Assembly: GCA_903889565.1 (NCBI GenBank) | Contig: CAISYC010000049.1 | Location: forward strand, 73,873-137,872 | Length of the DNA: 64,000 nucleotides | Direction of reading: 5' to 3' | DNA from: an uncultured beta proteobacterium | GTDB lineage: Bacteria > Pseudomonadota > Gammaproteobacteria > Burkholderiales > SG8-41 | Part shown: positions 9,077-17,953 of the stretch, in pieces | Numbering within the stretch: position 1 is the first letter of the stretch | How the letters are laid out: each line of letters opens with the position of its first letter | Program-made: the position numbers and the translations under genes | The notes under the pieces: model-generated | What the model saw: only the letters and a program-made list of their open reading frames with translations | Databases searched by the model: none | What the model was told of the DNA's origin: nothing

Positions 9077-9259
9077 GCGGTCACGGCCTGACCGTCGTCA
9101 ACAACTTCGACATGAATCGGCAAACTCCCCGCTGGCTCGACGACCGCACATGCACGCCGACTGTTGTTCTGAAAACGGCGACATTGTGACCGGCATCACC
9201 AGCGACCGCAATAAAGCTTACACGGGAATTACGCAGCCGCGGCCGCAACGGGCGCGGCG

Positions 9260-9475
9260 TTATTCGTAGCGCTGTTTGCCGCCCTTGGGTGGCGTCGATT
9301 TGTTGCGGAAGTACTGCGTCACTCGCGCGGCGGATTCGCCGACCGCTGCCACCGCCTGCTTCAACTGCGCTTCGGTGCAGCCGTACTGCTTGCGCCGGAA
9401 CTCGACTTCCCACGGCTCGGCGAGATTGATGCGTTCGCTGTCGGCCGGCTGGCGCTTTTTGACAACTTCGTTCAT
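9260..9475 (-). CDS. DUF3606 domain-containing protein
   Basis: 'INLAEPWEVEFRRKQYGCTEAQLKQAVAAVGESAARVTQYF' matches the DUF3606 pattern as I remember it. An alternative start lies at 9490. Confidence 0.65.
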   Translation of the reverse strand: MNEVVKKRQPADSERINLAEPWEVEFRRKQYGCTEAQLKQAVAAVGESAARVTQYFRNKSTPPKGGKQRYE

Positions 9476-9654
9476 GGCGGCATCCTGCAAATAAGGTGCG
9501 CCACTATACGCTCCTTCAACGCCCCGCCCTCGACAAAATGCGTTTCGCCTTGAACAGTACGGACGATCGCCACTTGGCGCAGCAGGACAGCCGCTCTACA
9601 ATCGGCCCGAAAAGAGCGCGATCAAACAAGCGCGCGAACATCGCGGGGACGTCC

Positions 9655-10623
9655 TTGAACAACATCATTCTGCTGACCGTGGCCGCAGTGGTCCTTGCCG
9701 CCAACGGTGCGATTGCGCAAACGCGCGATTTTCCGCAACGCCCGGTCCGCATTGTCGTACCCGTGCCGCCCGGCGGCAGCGTGGACGCCACCGCGCGATT
9801 GCTCGCCCCCAAAATGACCGAGTCGCTCGGCCAGAGCGTGGTCATCGACAACCGCGGCGGCGCCTCGACCAACATCGGCATGGAACTCGTCGCCCGCGCG
9901 CCCGCCGATGGTTACACCCTGCTTGCCAATACGGTGCCGCTGGTCGCCAATCCGGCGCTCTTCCCCAAGCTTTCATTCTCGCCGGAAAAGGATTTCGTGC
10001 CGGTGTCGCTGGTCGTCACCGGCCCCAGCGTGATCGTCGCGCACCCGTCGGTGCCGGTGCGCGACCTCGCCGGCCTCGTCGCGCTGGCCAGGGCAAAACC
10101 GGGCAGCATCAATTATTCCTCGTCGGGTGCCGGCACGCTCACCCACCTCGGCGCCGAATTATTCAAATATCTCACCGCCACCAATCTCGTTCACGTGCCC
10201 TATAAAGGCGGCGGCCCGGCGCTCGCCGCTGTGATCGCGGGCGAATGCGATGTGACGTTCCAGACGCCGCTCGCGGCGGCGGGGCAGATCAAGGCCGGAC
10301 GACTGCACGCGCTTGCGGTCACCAGCAACCGGCGCCTGGCCATGCTGCCTGACGTGCCGACTACGGCGGAAGCGGGAGTGCCGAAATACGAATTTCAAAG
10401 CTGGGTCGGCATCCTCGCGCCGGCCGCCACGCCGCCGGCAATCGTTCGCCAGCTCAACGAACATATCGTCAGGGCGGCGCGCACCGCCGATGTCACTGAG
10501 CGGTTTGCCCGCGAAGGCGCCGAGGTCGTCGCCGGCACGCCCGAGCAATTTCGCAAAGTGATTGCCGACGAAACTGCGCTGTGGGCGAAAGTCATCCGCG
10601 AGATGGGCATCCGCGCCGAATAA
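9655..10623 (+). CDS. Bug/TctC-family substrate-binding protein
   Basis: 'FPQRPVRIVVPVPPGGSVD', 'VVIDNRGGAST', 'HVPYKGGGP', 'PDVPTTAEAGV'. The start is uncertain. TTG 9655 gives a normal signal peptide (NNIILLTVAAVVLAANGAIAQ). The ORF also has ATGs at 9496 and 9538. Confidence 0.85.
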   Translation: MNNIILLTVAAVVLAANGAIAQTRDFPQRPVRIVVPVPPGGSVDATARLLAPKMTESLGQSVVIDNRGGASTNIGMELVARAPADGYTLLANTVPLVANPALFPKLSFSPEKDFVPVSLVVTGPSVIVAHPSVPVRDLAGLVALARAKPGSINYSSSGAGTLTHLGAELFKYLTATNLVHVPYKGGGPALAAVIAGECDVTFQTPLAAAGQIKAGRLHALAVTSNRRLAMLPDVPTTAEAGVPKYEFQSWVGILAPAATPPAIVRQLNEHIVRAARTADVTERFAREGAEVVAGTPEQFRKVIADETALWAKVIREMGIRAE

Positions 10624-10632
10624 TTGCCGCGC

Positions 10633-11697
10633 CTAAAACGGCAGCAGGCGCCGCGGATTGTCCACCAGCATCGTGCGAATATCCGCATCGCTGACGCCGA
10701 AATATTTGAGGTCCGGGACGATGTTTTCGAGCAGGTGCGAATAACCGAGACCGCCGAATTTTTTCAGGCGGAATTTGCTCACCACCTCGTTCGACAGCAC
10801 GATTTGCTTGGCGTAACCCATCTTGCACAGCGTGCCCACCGCCTTAACCCGCGCCGAATCCGGCGCCTTTGACCAGCCCGGCCGCACGTATTCTTCGCAG
10901 CCGAACTGGTCGTATGACAGCGTGATGCCGCGATCGAGCAGGGATTTCTGGTAGTCGATGTCGTCGTGCCAGAACTCCATGTGACTCATGTAAAACTTTT
11001 CGAGGTTCGCGCCCTCCTCCTTCAAAATATCGAGGTAGGTATGCAAATGGCGCGCGCGGCCGTAGTGATGACAGGGGTGTATGGTCATCGTCGCGCCGGT
11101 CATTGCCTGCGTTCGCGCACCGGCGCGCAGCACCTTTTCCTCCGCCAGCTGAAACGGCACATCCGGATTCGGGCCGCTGAGCCCGGCCTTGATGAAGCCC
11201 GCCTTGATGCCGAGATTGTCGATGCCTTCGGTCAGTTCGCGCACCATGATGATGTGCAATTGCTCGATGCTCGCGTCTTTGGTCAGCGCCGGATGCGAGG
11301 GACCGATGTACCAACCGGTTCCGCAAATGATGTTGACGCCGGTGGCGTCGGCGATGCGTTTGAGCCCCGCCGGGTCGCGCTTCAAGCCAACCACGCTGGT
11401 TTCGACGATGCTCGACCCGCCATTGCGCTTGAATGCTTCGAGTTCGGCGATTGCAAGATCGACATCGCCGAGCAGGTTGTTGTCGATCGCGCAGGCGTCG
11501 TTGACGTGGCGCCGGATCACGCCGAGCATTTCGGTAGTCACTGGATGATTCAGCAGTTCCAGCTCCTCCTTCGTCATGGTCGAGGGCGGCTTCGCCTGTT
11601 CGGCGACCTTGAGTTCGGACAACACGTGCACGTGACACATCGTGGTACCCAGTTGCTCGGGGGATATCGGCCCCCTGACCGTATTGACCGTGGCCAT
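10633..11697 (-). CDS. phosphotriesterase-family protein (amidohydrolase fold, lactonase/PTE-like)
   Basis: 354-aa ORF. N-terminal 'GPISPEQLGTTMCHVHV' is the HxH metal motif in the usual PTE context. 'GFIKAGL' and 'MTIHPCHH' regions are consistent with the family. Confidence 0.85.
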   Translation of the reverse strand: MATVNTVRGPISPEQLGTTMCHVHVLSELKVAEQAKPPSTMTKEELELLNHPVTTEMLGVIRRHVNDACAIDNNLLGDVDLAIAELEAFKRNGGSSIVETSVVGLKRDPAGLKRIADATGVNIICGTGWYIGPSHPALTKDASIEQLHIIMVRELTEGIDNLGIKAGFIKAGLSGPNPDVPFQLAEEKVLRAGARTQAMTGATMTIHPCHHYGRARHLHTYLDILKEEGANLEKFYMSHMEFWHDDIDYQKSLLDRGITLSYDQFGCEEYVRPGWSKAPDSARVKAVGTLCKMGYAKQIVLSNEVVSKFRLKKFGGLGYSHLLENIVPDLKYFGVSDADIRTMLVDNPRRLLPF

Positions 11698-11764
11698 TCG
11701 ATTTGCTCTCCCTGTGAATATATGCGGACGAAAGTGTGGTGTGGCATCCCACCCTTCCGTCGAT

Positions 11765-12760
11765 TCAATCGACGCGAATATTGGCTTCCCTTGCGACCTT
11801 CGCCCACTTCTGCATCTCGGACTTCAGAAAGCTCGCGAATTTCTCCTGCGTTCCGCCCAGCGCATCGATGCCGATGGAGGCAAGTCGCTCTTTGACCTCC
11901 GGCGCACTCAGCGCGCGATTGAAACCTTCATTGATCTTGCCCATCACCGCCGGCGGCGTGGCGGCCGGCGCGAGCAGCGCGTACCAGACGTAGAACTCAT
12001 AACCGGTCAAGCCGGCCTCCGCGATGGTGGGCAGTTCCGGCGCGGTTTTTGCGCGCACGGAGCCCGTCACCGCAAGTCCGCGCAGCTTGCCCGAGAGAAC
12101 ATGCGGATACACCGAGGCCATCGGCGAAATCTGCATCTGCACTTCGCCGCCGATCAGGGCATTGGTGCCGGGCACCTGCCCCTTATAGGGAACATTGTTC
12201 AGCCGGATGCCGGCGTAGCTGCGGAACAGTTCCATCGCCAGATGATCCGATGCGCCGGCGCCGCCAGTGGCAACACTGATCTCGCCGGGCTTTGATTTAG
12301 CCAGCGCGACCAGTTCCATCACCGTTCTGGCCGGCACCGACGGATGCACCGCAAGCAGGTTCTGCTGTGTGGCGACCAGAATCACCGGCGCCAGGTCCGC
12401 AGTGTTGTACGGCAGCCGGCTGTAGACCGCCGGCGCGTAGGCGATGCTGATGCTTGGAAGCAGCAGCGTGTAGCCATCAGGGACTGCGGTGGCTGCGGTC
12501 TGCGCTGCGATGGTGCCGCCGCCGCCGCTGCGGTTATCGACGACAATCGACTGGCCCCAGGCATCGGCGACTTTCTGCGCGGTCACGCGCGCGATGATGT
12601 CGGTGCCGCCGCCGGGCGCAAACGGCACCAGCAGTCGAATCGCGCGGCGCGGATAATCGGTCGCCGCATCCGCCTTTGCCACCGCCTGCGCGAAAACCTG
12701 CGCTGCCACAGTCAATTGCATGACCGCAGCAATCAAGACAAGATCTGCTTTCCTGACCAT
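11765..12760 (-). CDS. Bug/TctC-family substrate-binding protein
   Basis: 'YPRRAIRLLVPFAPGGGTD', 'IVVDNRSGGGG', 'NVPYKGQVP', 'PELPTIAEAGL'. Confidence 0.9.
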   Translation of the reverse strand: MVRKADLVLIAAVMQLTVAAQVFAQAVAKADAATDYPRRAIRLLVPFAPGGGTDIIARVTAQKVADAWGQSIVVDNRSGGGGTIAAQTAATAVPDGYTLLLPSISIAYAPAVYSRLPYNTADLAPVILVATQQNLLAVHPSVPARTVMELVALAKSKPGEISVATGGAGASDHLAMELFRSYAGIRLNNVPYKGQVPGTNALIGGEVQMQISPMASVYPHVLSGKLRGLAVTGSVRAKTAPELPTIAEAGLTGYEFYVWYALLAPAATPPAVMGKINEGFNRALSAPEVKERLASIGIDALGGTQEKFASFLKSEMQKWAKVAREANIRVD

Positions 12761-12835
12761 CGCTCCCCCTGAATATTTTTTGCCAGATTAGCATGCGCAC
12801 TCTTAAAAAAGAACCTTGCGACGGACACAGGCGAA

Positions 12836-12867
12836 CTGCCGGCGCGCGGCACTTGGCGCGCCGGCAG
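12836..12867. promoter_or_regulatory. 12-bp GC-rich perfect inverted repeat in divergent intergenic region
   Basis: The sequence is ctgccggcgcgc-ggcacttg-gcgcgccggcag. It lies between the divergent genes 11765..12760 (-) and 13034..13930 (+). Confidence 0.4.
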
Positions 12868-13033
12868 CGCCGCTTTAGAATCGACGCCGCATCGCGCCAA
12901 CCGAATGTTCCTGGTTTTTCTGCGACACTGTAATGCCGACGCATCGCATACTTTCCAAATCCGCCGTCCATTGCCGCGACACTGCCGCCGCGGCAGCGCC
13001 CGGACCGGCTCAATCCATTTGCGGAAACCACGC

Positions 13034-13930
13034 ATGAATCCGACCGAAGTCACCTTCTTCAGCGACAGCGACAAAATCGCCGGCTATCTGTTTACCCCCG
13101 AGGACTGGAAGGCCGGCGACCCGCCGCGCCCCGGCATCCTCGTGCTCGCCGGTTACAGCGGCAACACGCAGGCGGACTGCACGCACATGATGAAGCGGCT
13201 GTGCTCGGAGGGCTGGTTCGTATTCGGCTACGACTATGTCGGTTTCGGCAAGAGCGAGGGCAAACGCAATCGTCACCGTCCGCTCGAACAGGCGCAGAAC
13301 ACCTACGATGCGCTGACTTACATGCAGACAGTACCGGGCATCGATCCCGAACGCCTCGCCATTTACGGCACCAGCTTCGGTTGCGCCAACGGCATCTGGG
13401 TCACCGCGCACGACGAGCGGGTCAAGTGCCTCGTCACCAGCGTCGGCGTCACCGACGGCTACGAATGGATGCGTTCGATCCGGCGCCCGTGGGAATGGCT
13501 GGCGTTCAGGGAGCGCGTGTTAAAAGAAGCCCAACAGCGAGTGGTGTCAGGCCAATCGACACTGGTGCCCAACGGTGAAATCATGCTGCGCGATCCGGAG
13601 TCGCAGCGCCAGCGCGACATGCACGCGCAGGCCGGCCATGTATTTCAGAGTGAGGAACGCGATCTGGAAAGCGCGGAAGCGGTCATGCGCTACCGCCCCG
13701 ACTGGGTCATCGACAAGATCAGCCCGCGACCGGTGCTGATGATATACGCCGAGCACGACAACCTGGTGCCGCCGGTGCAGCAATTGACCGCGTACGAAAA
13801 ATGCGGCGAACCGAAGAAACTCGTCATGCTGCCGAAATCCGGCCATTACGACAGCTACGAATTTCGCAACCCGGTGACCTGCCAGATCACCTACAAGGAA
13901 ACGATCGACTGGTTCAGGCGTTACCTGTAA
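13034..13930 (+). CDS. alpha/beta hydrolase (dienelactone-hydrolase/esterase-like)
   Basis: 'GILVLAGYSGN', nucleophile elbow 'GTSFG', C-terminal 'PKSGHYDSY'. ATG 13034. The upstream part of track ORF 12905.. has no coding character. Confidence 0.8.
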   Translation: MNPTEVTFFSDSDKIAGYLFTPEDWKAGDPPRPGILVLAGYSGNTQADCTHMMKRLCSEGWFVFGYDYVGFGKSEGKRNRHRPLEQAQNTYDALTYMQTVPGIDPERLAIYGTSFGCANGIWVTAHDERVKCLVTSVGVTDGYEWMRSIRRPWEWLAFRERVLKEAQQRVVSGQSTLVPNGEIMLRDPESQRQRDMHAQAGHVFQSEERDLESAEAVMRYRPDWVIDKISPRPVLMIYAEHDNLVPPVQQLTAYEKCGEPKKLVMLPKSGHYDSYEFRNPVTCQITYKETIDWFRRYL

Positions 13931-14002
13931 CCCGCGCAGTCAGTGCAGGCCATTCCGGGGGCCAGCGCAACCGTAACAACAGCAGCACAAACAGCCCAGC
14001 TC

Positions 14003-14398
14003 ATGAAATACCTTTTATTTGCGATCGCATTGGCTGCGCTCCCCGCCACCGCCAGCGCAGGCTGGACGCGCGTCGCCGGCAACAACAGCGTCGTTTGCTA
14101 CGCCGACCCGGCGACCATTGAGCGCAAGGGCGACATCGCGAAGATGAAAAGCCTGCTCAATTTCACGCTGCCGCAGACCGAGCGCTCGATCGGCAACAAA
14201 CCCTATCTGTCGCAGCGTGACGAGCGCGAATACGACTGCCGTAACCCGCGCTATCGCCTGCTGCATTTTTCGCTGCGCGCGGACCCGATGTTTTCTGGCG
14301 CGCTCGTGCGCAGCGACAGCGACGACGGGGAATGGAAACAGGTGACGGCGGGCAGTCTCGGCGCCGCGCTGTGGCGCACGGCCTGCGCCAAAAAATAA
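14003..14398 (+). CDS. hypothetical secreted protein
   Basis: Signal peptide MKYLLFAIALAALPATASA. Mature part 'GWTRVAGNNSVVCYADPATIERKGDIAKMKSLLNF...YDCRNPRYRLL' is reminiscent of surface-adhesin-E-like small secreted proteins; this is a low-confidence family guess. Confidence 0.6.
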   Translation: MKYLLFAIALAALPATASAGWTRVAGNNSVVCYADPATIERKGDIAKMKSLLNFTLPQTERSIGNKPYLSQRDEREYDCRNPRYRLLHFSLRADPMFSGALVRSDSDDGEWKQVTAGSLGAALWRTACAKK

Positions 14399-14407
14399 GC
14401 GGCTGCG

Positions 14408-14572
14408 TCAACCCTCGCCGTTCTTGGGCACGGTCGTCACCACCTCGAAAGTCGGCCTCAGCAGGTGGGTGGTGCCGCATTTCGGGCAGTTGGTCTGCCA
14501 GACATCGTCAACGAGTTCCGGCAACCACAAGACAAAACGCTCTTCGCACTGGCGACAGTGAATTTCCTGCAT
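14408..14572 (-). CDS. hypothetical zinc-ribbon mini-protein
   Basis: 54 aa from ATG 14572. It has two CxxC pairs ('CRQC' ... 'CPKC'). No family recognised. Confidence 0.4.
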   Translation of the reverse strand: MQEIHCRQCEERFVLWLPELVDDVWQTNCPKCGTTHLLRPTFEVVTTVPKNGEG

Positions 14573-14635
14573 GCTCGTACATCCGTGATTACCTGGGGGC
14601 TGCCGCAAACATTATTTGAGGTCGCCCGCCATTCA

Positions 14636-14651
14636 TTTGATCCAGATCAAA
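14636..14651. promoter_or_regulatory. 16-bp perfect palindrome TTTGATC-CA-GATCAAA
   Basis: Located upstream of the zinc-ribbon ORF. It contains two GATC sites. Confidence 0.35.
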
Positions 14652-14749
14652 CTGTGACGACTTAGGCGTGAGAGCAACACGCGCCGCCCGTCCCGAACAA
14701 CAGCACCGCGGCGGCGCGCCGAACCACGGGCGCCGCCGGATGCAAACGG

Positions 14750-15655
14750 TTACTTCCCCGCCTTGAGCTCCTGATACAACTGCGTCACGAAACGTTCGGC
14801 CGACGCTGCCGCGCCCGGCACCTTGTCGTCGAAATCCGCCGTCGGTTTGGCGGCAATCGCCTCATCCTGCGACTTGCCCTGCTGAATCAGCGCGGCGACC
14901 CTGTCGCGCACCGCAAGCATGATCTCTTTTTGCGCGGCAACCGCCGTTTTGTCCACGACGGCGCCGTGGCCGGGCACGATCCTGGTGTCGGCAGCGGCAA
15001 GCTTGATGACGGCATCAAAACCCGCCAGCATGCCCGCTGCGGTGCCGCCGTTGGCGCGGTCGATGTTCGGATAGCCGAGCGAGCGGTAAAAGTCGCCCGT
15101 CATCAGCACATTCGCCTTGGTGAAAAACACCATGGTGTCGCCGTCGGTGTGCGCCGCCGGCACCGGAATCAGCCGCACTTCCTCGCCGTTCAGATAAATG
15201 CTGGTCGGCGCGTCGTAGGTAATGACAGGCAGCGCCTCGGGCGTAGCCGGCACCATCGGCATGCCGCCCGACTGTATGCCCTGCTTCGCCAGCCGCGCGC
15301 GCAGATTCGGCCGTGCCATGATCAGCGCGCCCTGCTTCGCGATGTTGGCGTTGCCGCCGGTGTGATCACCGTGCAGATGGGTATCGATCAGAATGCGGAT
15401 GCGACCGTCGGAAATATTTTTGATCGCGGCAATGATTTTTTCGCTGAGCGGCGCGAACTGCGAATCGACCATCAGCACGCCATCGGCGCCGGCCAGCACG
15501 CCGATGGTGCCGCCGTCGCCGTCAAGCGTGTAAAAGCCGGGCGCCAGTTGCGTGGTCTTGATCTCGACCTTGCTGAAATCGCGCTGCGCGTATGCCGATG
15601 TCCCGCAAAGTGCCGCGGCCATCATTGCGGTGGCGGCGAATAATATTGTTTTCAT
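14750..15655 (-). CDS. MBL-fold metallo-hydrolase, secreted
   Basis: 'IDTHLHGDHTGG' is the HxHxDH motif. Signal peptide MKTILFAATAMMAAALCGTSAYA. ATG at 15655. Confidence 0.85.
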   Translation of the reverse strand: MKTILFAATAMMAAALCGTSAYAQRDFSKVEIKTTQLAPGFYTLDGDGGTIGVLAGADGVLMVDSQFAPLSEKIIAAIKNISDGRIRILIDTHLHGDHTGGNANIAKQGALIMARPNLRARLAKQGIQSGGMPMVPATPEALPVITYDAPTSIYLNGEEVRLIPVPAAHTDGDTMVFFTKANVLMTGDFYRSLGYPNIDRANGGTAAGMLAGFDAVIKLAAADTRIVPGHGAVVDKTAVAAQKEIMLAVRDRVAALIQQGKSQDEAIAAKPTADFDDKVPGAAASAERFVTQLYQELKAGK

Positions 15656-15765
15656 GTCATGCTCCTCCGGGGGGTGATGAACGACGGAACCGTCGCGCAG
15701 TATCCTCTGTGCGCTCGGTGCGTGCAATAATGTTTAAAACCGTCGGCGAACGGGGGAGGAGTTCC

Positions 15766-16737
15766 ATGTTGCAGCGCAGATGCCTGTTTGCTGCGGCCCT
15801 GCTGATACAGGCCGCGGCCCTTGCACAACCCTATCCGGCCAAGCCGATCCGCATCATCGTGCCATATCCGGTCGGCTCGGGCACCGAATTCACCGCGCGC
15901 GAAGTCGGCCAGCTCATCGCCCGCGCCACCGGTCAGCCGGTGGTGATCGATGCGCGCCCGGGCGCGGCCGCCGTACTCGGCCACTCGCTTGGCGCGAAAG
16001 CGCAACCCGACGGTTACACGCTGCTGCTCGCCACCATCGGCGGCCTCGTCACCGGCCCCGCGCTGCTCGGCAAACAAATCCCCTACGACCCGCAGAAGGA
16101 TTTCGCGCCGATCGGGCTTGCGACCTATGTGCCCTATGCACTGGCCGTCACCGGCAGCCTGCCGGTGCGCAATGTCAAAGAGTTGATCAAGCTCGCCAAA
16201 GCGCAACCGGGCAAGCTGAATGTCGCCTCACCCGGCGTCGGTTCGCCCAATCATCTCGGCGCCGCGCAATTAATGACGCTGACCGGCGTCGAGATCGTCC
16301 ATGTGCCATACAAGGGCAGCTCACTGGCGCTGACCGATTTTGTCGCCGGCAATGTGCAAATCCTGATTACCGGTCTGTTGCAACTGCTGCCCTATCACAA
16401 CGCCGGCAAGATCCGCGTGCTCGGCGTCGGTCACACGCAGCGTCTCAAAACCTATCCGGATATTCCGACGGTGGCCGAAACCATCCCCGGCTACTACAAC
16501 ACCGGCTGGTGGGGCATTGCCGGACCGGCGGCGACACCGAAACCGGTGATCGACAAAATCAGCGCGATCATGCTCGCCGGCCTCGCGCAGCCCGAGGTGA
16601 TTCAGCGCTTCGAAAAAAGCGGCCTCGAAATCGCCAGCTCGTCGCCGCAGGGTCTGCGCGAGCTCATCGCCAGCGATCTGACCATGTGGAAGAAAATCAT
16701 TCGCGACGCCAGGATCAGCGTCGACGTGCTGCCTTAA
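15766..16737 (+). CDS. Bug/TctC-family substrate-binding protein
   Basis: 'YPAKPIRIIVPYPVGSGTE', 'VVIDARPGAAA', 'HVPYKGSSL'. GGGAGGAG SD precedes ATG 15766. Confidence 0.9.
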   Translation: MLQRRCLFAAALLIQAAALAQPYPAKPIRIIVPYPVGSGTEFTAREVGQLIARATGQPVVIDARPGAAAVLGHSLGAKAQPDGYTLLLATIGGLVTGPALLGKQIPYDPQKDFAPIGLATYVPYALAVTGSLPVRNVKELIKLAKAQPGKLNVASPGVGSPNHLGAAQLMTLTGVEIVHVPYKGSSLALTDFVAGNVQILITGLLQLLPYHNAGKIRVLGVGHTQRLKTYPDIPTVAETIPGYYNTGWWGIAGPAATPKPVIDKISAIMLAGLAQPEVIQRFEKSGLEIASSSPQGLRELIASDLTMWKKIIRDARISVDVLP

Positions 16738-16774
16738 AATACGCGCTACACCAATTAACAACCGGAGAATCACC

Positions 16775-17677
16775 GTGGCAGAACAGAAAGTCGGCGTCGT
16801 CGGTCTCGGCAACATGGGCGGCGGCATCGCCCGCAATTTCAAAAAAGCCGGCGTGCCGGTGATGGTGTGGGATGTCATGCCAGAAGCGCGCAACAAATTC
16901 CTCGAAACCGCCGGCGTTGAAATCGCGCCGCCCGGCGAGATGGCCGCGCAATGCACGGCGATGTTCTACGTCGTGCCGGCGACACCAGAGATCGCTTCGA
17001 CCTTCGACGGCAAGGACGGCGTGCTTGCGCGCGCCGCCAAGGGGCTGGTGGTCTATGACTTCACCACCTCCGATCCGGTTGAAACCAAAAAGCTCGCCGC
17101 GCGCGCGGCGGAAAAAGGCATCGCCTATCTCGACGCCGGCATGAGCGGCGGCGCGGCGGGTGCGGACAACGGCACGCTGACGCTGATGGTGGGCGGCGAC
17201 AAGGCCGCCTTCGAGCGCACCGAAGCGCTGCTGAAACCGATTTCGAAACAGCTCTTTCATATCGGCCCCAGCGGCGCCGGCCACACGCTGAAGCTGATAC
17301 ACAACATGGTCTGCCACACGATTTTTCTCGCCACCTGCGAAGGCGCGCGCGTGGCCGAAGCCGCCGGCATCACCACCGCCGACATGATCAAGGTCTTCAA
17401 CACCTCGAATGCGCGCAGCTATGCCAGCGAAGTGCGCTTTCCGAAACATATCCTGTCGGGCACCTGGGATGCGCGCTCGCGCGTCTACAACCTGCGCAAG
17501 GATCTGACCATGGCGGTCGCCACCGCCGGCTCGCTCAACGCCAAAGTGCCGCTCGGCACCGTCACGCGTGATTTTCTGAATGTCGCGATGGATCAGGGCA
17601 TGCAGGACACCGACTTCTCGCACCTCTATCCGCGCTTCGACGAAATCGTCGCCGACCTCGGCAAAAACAAGAAGTAG
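16775..17677 (+). CDS. NAD(P)-dependent beta-hydroxyacid dehydrogenase (3-hydroxyisobutyrate dehydrogenase family)
   Basis: Rossmann motif 'VGVVGLGNMGGGIARN' at the N-terminus. 'DAGMSGG' and 'KLIHNM' are typical of the family. GTG start. Confidence 0.85.
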   Translation: MAEQKVGVVGLGNMGGGIARNFKKAGVPVMVWDVMPEARNKFLETAGVEIAPPGEMAAQCTAMFYVVPATPEIASTFDGKDGVLARAAKGLVVYDFTTSDPVETKKLAARAAEKGIAYLDAGMSGGAAGADNGTLTLMVGGDKAAFERTEALLKPISKQLFHIGPSGAGHTLKLIHNMVCHTIFLATCEGARVAEAAGITTADMIKVFNTSNARSYASEVRFPKHILSGTWDARSRVYNLRKDLTMAVATAGSLNAKVPLGTVTRDFLNVAMDQGMQDTDFSHLYPRFDEIVADLGKNKK

Positions 17678-17713
17678 GTTTTTCCCTTCCTCTTTCACGT
17701 GCCTGCAGCAGGC

Positions 17714-17740
17714 TACCCTCTCCCCCGGAGGGAGAGGGTA
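17714..17740. repeat. C/G-tract palindromic REP ('CCCTCTCCCC...GGGGAGAGGG' family)
   Basis: taccctctcccccggagggagagggta is a perfect hairpin. Confidence 0.8.
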
Positions 17741-17782
17741 GGGATGAGGGGGAAGCTTGCAGCATCAAGCACGCTCTTGTGG

Positions 17783-17834
17783 TGCAGGCGCCTCGCCTGC
17801 ATCGGTAACTTGCTCAGGCGAGGCGCCTGCGCCA
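17783..17834. repeat. pair of GCAGGCG/CGCCTGC hairpin repeats
   Basis: tgcaggcgcctcgcctgca (17783-17801) lies in inverted orientation to caggcgaggcgcctgcgcca (17815-17834). Confidence 0.75.
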
Positions 17835-17869
17835 CAAAACCCATTTTCTGAGCGAGCGACCTGCGCTGC

Positions 17870-17902
17870 GGACTTCCCTCTCCCCTCGAGAGAGGGAAGT
17901 CC
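17870..17902. repeat. C/G-tract palindromic REP
   Basis: ggacttccctctcccctcgagagagggaagtcc is a palindrome. Confidence 0.8.
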
Positions 17903-17953
17903 GCCAACTGCAACGCATCCCGCTCAACCCACATTTACGGCGGCCGATTAAAT

